Below, piece after piece: positions 63,425 to 64,000 of a stretch of DNA of 64,000 bases (the first letter of the stretch is position 1; each line of letters begins with the position of its first letter). The DNA is from an uncultured Rikenellaceae bacterium (GTDB taxonomy: Bacteria; Bacteroidota; Bacteroidia; Bacteroidales; VadinHA17). A program made the translations under genes and the position numbers. The notes under the pieces were generated by a model. It was not told the origin of the DNA, did not search any database, and saw only the letters and a program-made list of their open reading frames with translations. The stretch is taken from positions 4,026 through 68,025 of the forward strand of contig CAYPHL010000006.1 in the NCBI GenBank assembly GCA_964410385.1. The letters run 5' to 3'.

Positions 63425-64000
63425 CAAGCATCTTACGTTGTCTTATAATCTCATAAAGGAAAATACCAGCGGCAACCGATACATTCAGCGATCCGATGCT
63501 ACCTGTCATCGGGATGCTTACAATATGATCTGCCAGGGAGGTTAGTTCACGGCTGATGCCCTTGTCTTCCGATCCCATAATAAGTACTGAAGGCCCTGTA
63601 AGATCAGACTCCGATGCATGTAATCCTGATCTTTCAACCGCACAGATGACCTTAAGACCTGAATCTTTAAGATATTCAACCGATCTGACTATTGATTTTT
63701 CACGGCAAACCGGCATTGTATGCAGGGCTCCTGCGGATGTCTTTACAGCATCTGAAGTGATCCTTGCCGATCCCTTTTCGGGAATCATCACCGCATGAGC
63801 CCCGAAGCAGTCTGCCGAACGGACTACAGCTCCGAAGTTCCTTACATCCGATACACCATCAAGTGCAATAATAAGGGGATCATCACCCTTCTCATAGATC
63901 ATCGGCAGCAGGTTGGCGATCTTCTGATATTCGATTACCGAGAGCCACGCAAGGACACCCTGGTGGTTCTTCCTTGTGACAAGCTCAATCCTTTCTACCG
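63414..64000 (-). CDS. rlmB: SpoU/TrmH-family 23S rRNA 2'-O-methyltransferase (RlmB-like), C-terminal part (5' end beyond the window)
   Basis: LDGVSDVRNFGAVVRSADCFGAHAVMIP, LIMGSEDKGIS and SLNVSVAAGIFLYE are SpoU motifs 1-3. The frame stays open upstream of the track Met through position 64000 (...VERIELVTRKNHQGVLAWLSVIEYQKIANLLP). Confidence 0.85.
   Translation of the reverse strand, partial: VERIELVTRKNHQGVLAWLSVIEYQKIANLLPMIYEKGDDPLIIALDGVSDVRNFGAVVRSADCFGAHAVMIPEKGSARITSDAVKTSAGALHTMPVCREKSIVRSVEYLKDSGLKVICAVERSGLHASESDLTGPSVLIMGSEDKGISRELTSLADHIVSIPMTGSIGSLNVSVAAGIFLYEIIRQRKMLVRK

Noticed and set aside
1-64000. Search for a defence island, prophage, integrative element or toxin-antitoxin pair
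   Set aside because: I saw no integrase, transposase, recombinase, reverse transcriptase, restriction/modification, Cas, phage structural or small paired toxin/antitoxin ORFs on either strand. No tRNA gene is present as an integration site, and the gene content is core housekeeping throughout. I therefore do not claim a novel multi-gene system here.

Overview
This window reads as densely packed core chromosome of a Bacteroidota bacterium. Supporting evidence: a cargo protein with a T9SS C-terminal sorting domain, a GldB-like lipoprotein, a MurF-Alr fusion, a bcp-recA pair, and recurrent TAnnTTTG -7 boxes about 25-60 nt upstream of start codons. I call 51 protein-coding genes. Two are cut by the window edges (rluD at the left, rlmB at the right). 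Two are shorter than the 60-aa ORF-track cut-off and were found by hand translation (rpmH and a 2x[4Fe-4S] ferredoxin). Most genes are housekeeping: tgt, dnaB, ispE, rsmG, rsmI, tdk, murF/alr, nadE, lpdA, uvrA, smpB, miaA, recA, bcp and an acyl-CoA carboxyltransferase with BCCP. Envelope and secretion genes include PASTA, LptF/G-like, GldB-like, DUF1573 and several large outer-membrane proteins. There is also a znuABC-like metal importer, one two-component system, two ECF sigma factors, a GH38 mannosidase and several peptidases (two M14, M64, S9). I saw no rRNA, tRNA, CRISPR array, transposase, integrase, phage gene or recognisable defence or toxin gene. I therefore do not think this is an accessory island, and I could not identify a convincing new multi-gene system. 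The main thing the gene models leave unexplained is non-coding structure. Seven of the unusually long intergenic gaps each contain a structured repeat. Three are built from a 43-bp CTTTGYG/CRCAAAG module, present once as a single module and twice as inverted pairs in opposite arrangements. Three are TACCCC...GGGGTA-closed G/C-run multi-hairpins. One is a GGTTCCG/CGGAACA heptamer element. The secondary leads are: an M14 carboxypeptidase paralog that has lost all three zinc ligands and sits head-to-head with znuABC; an ECF sigma translationally coupled to a membrane-anchored protein ending in an outer-membrane-type beta-barrel; a Cpx-like layout of a two-component system with a divergent secreted coiled-coil protein; and GC-rich Gly/Pro low-complexity insertions in two secreted enzymes. 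All functional calls come from motif recognition by eye. No database search was run.
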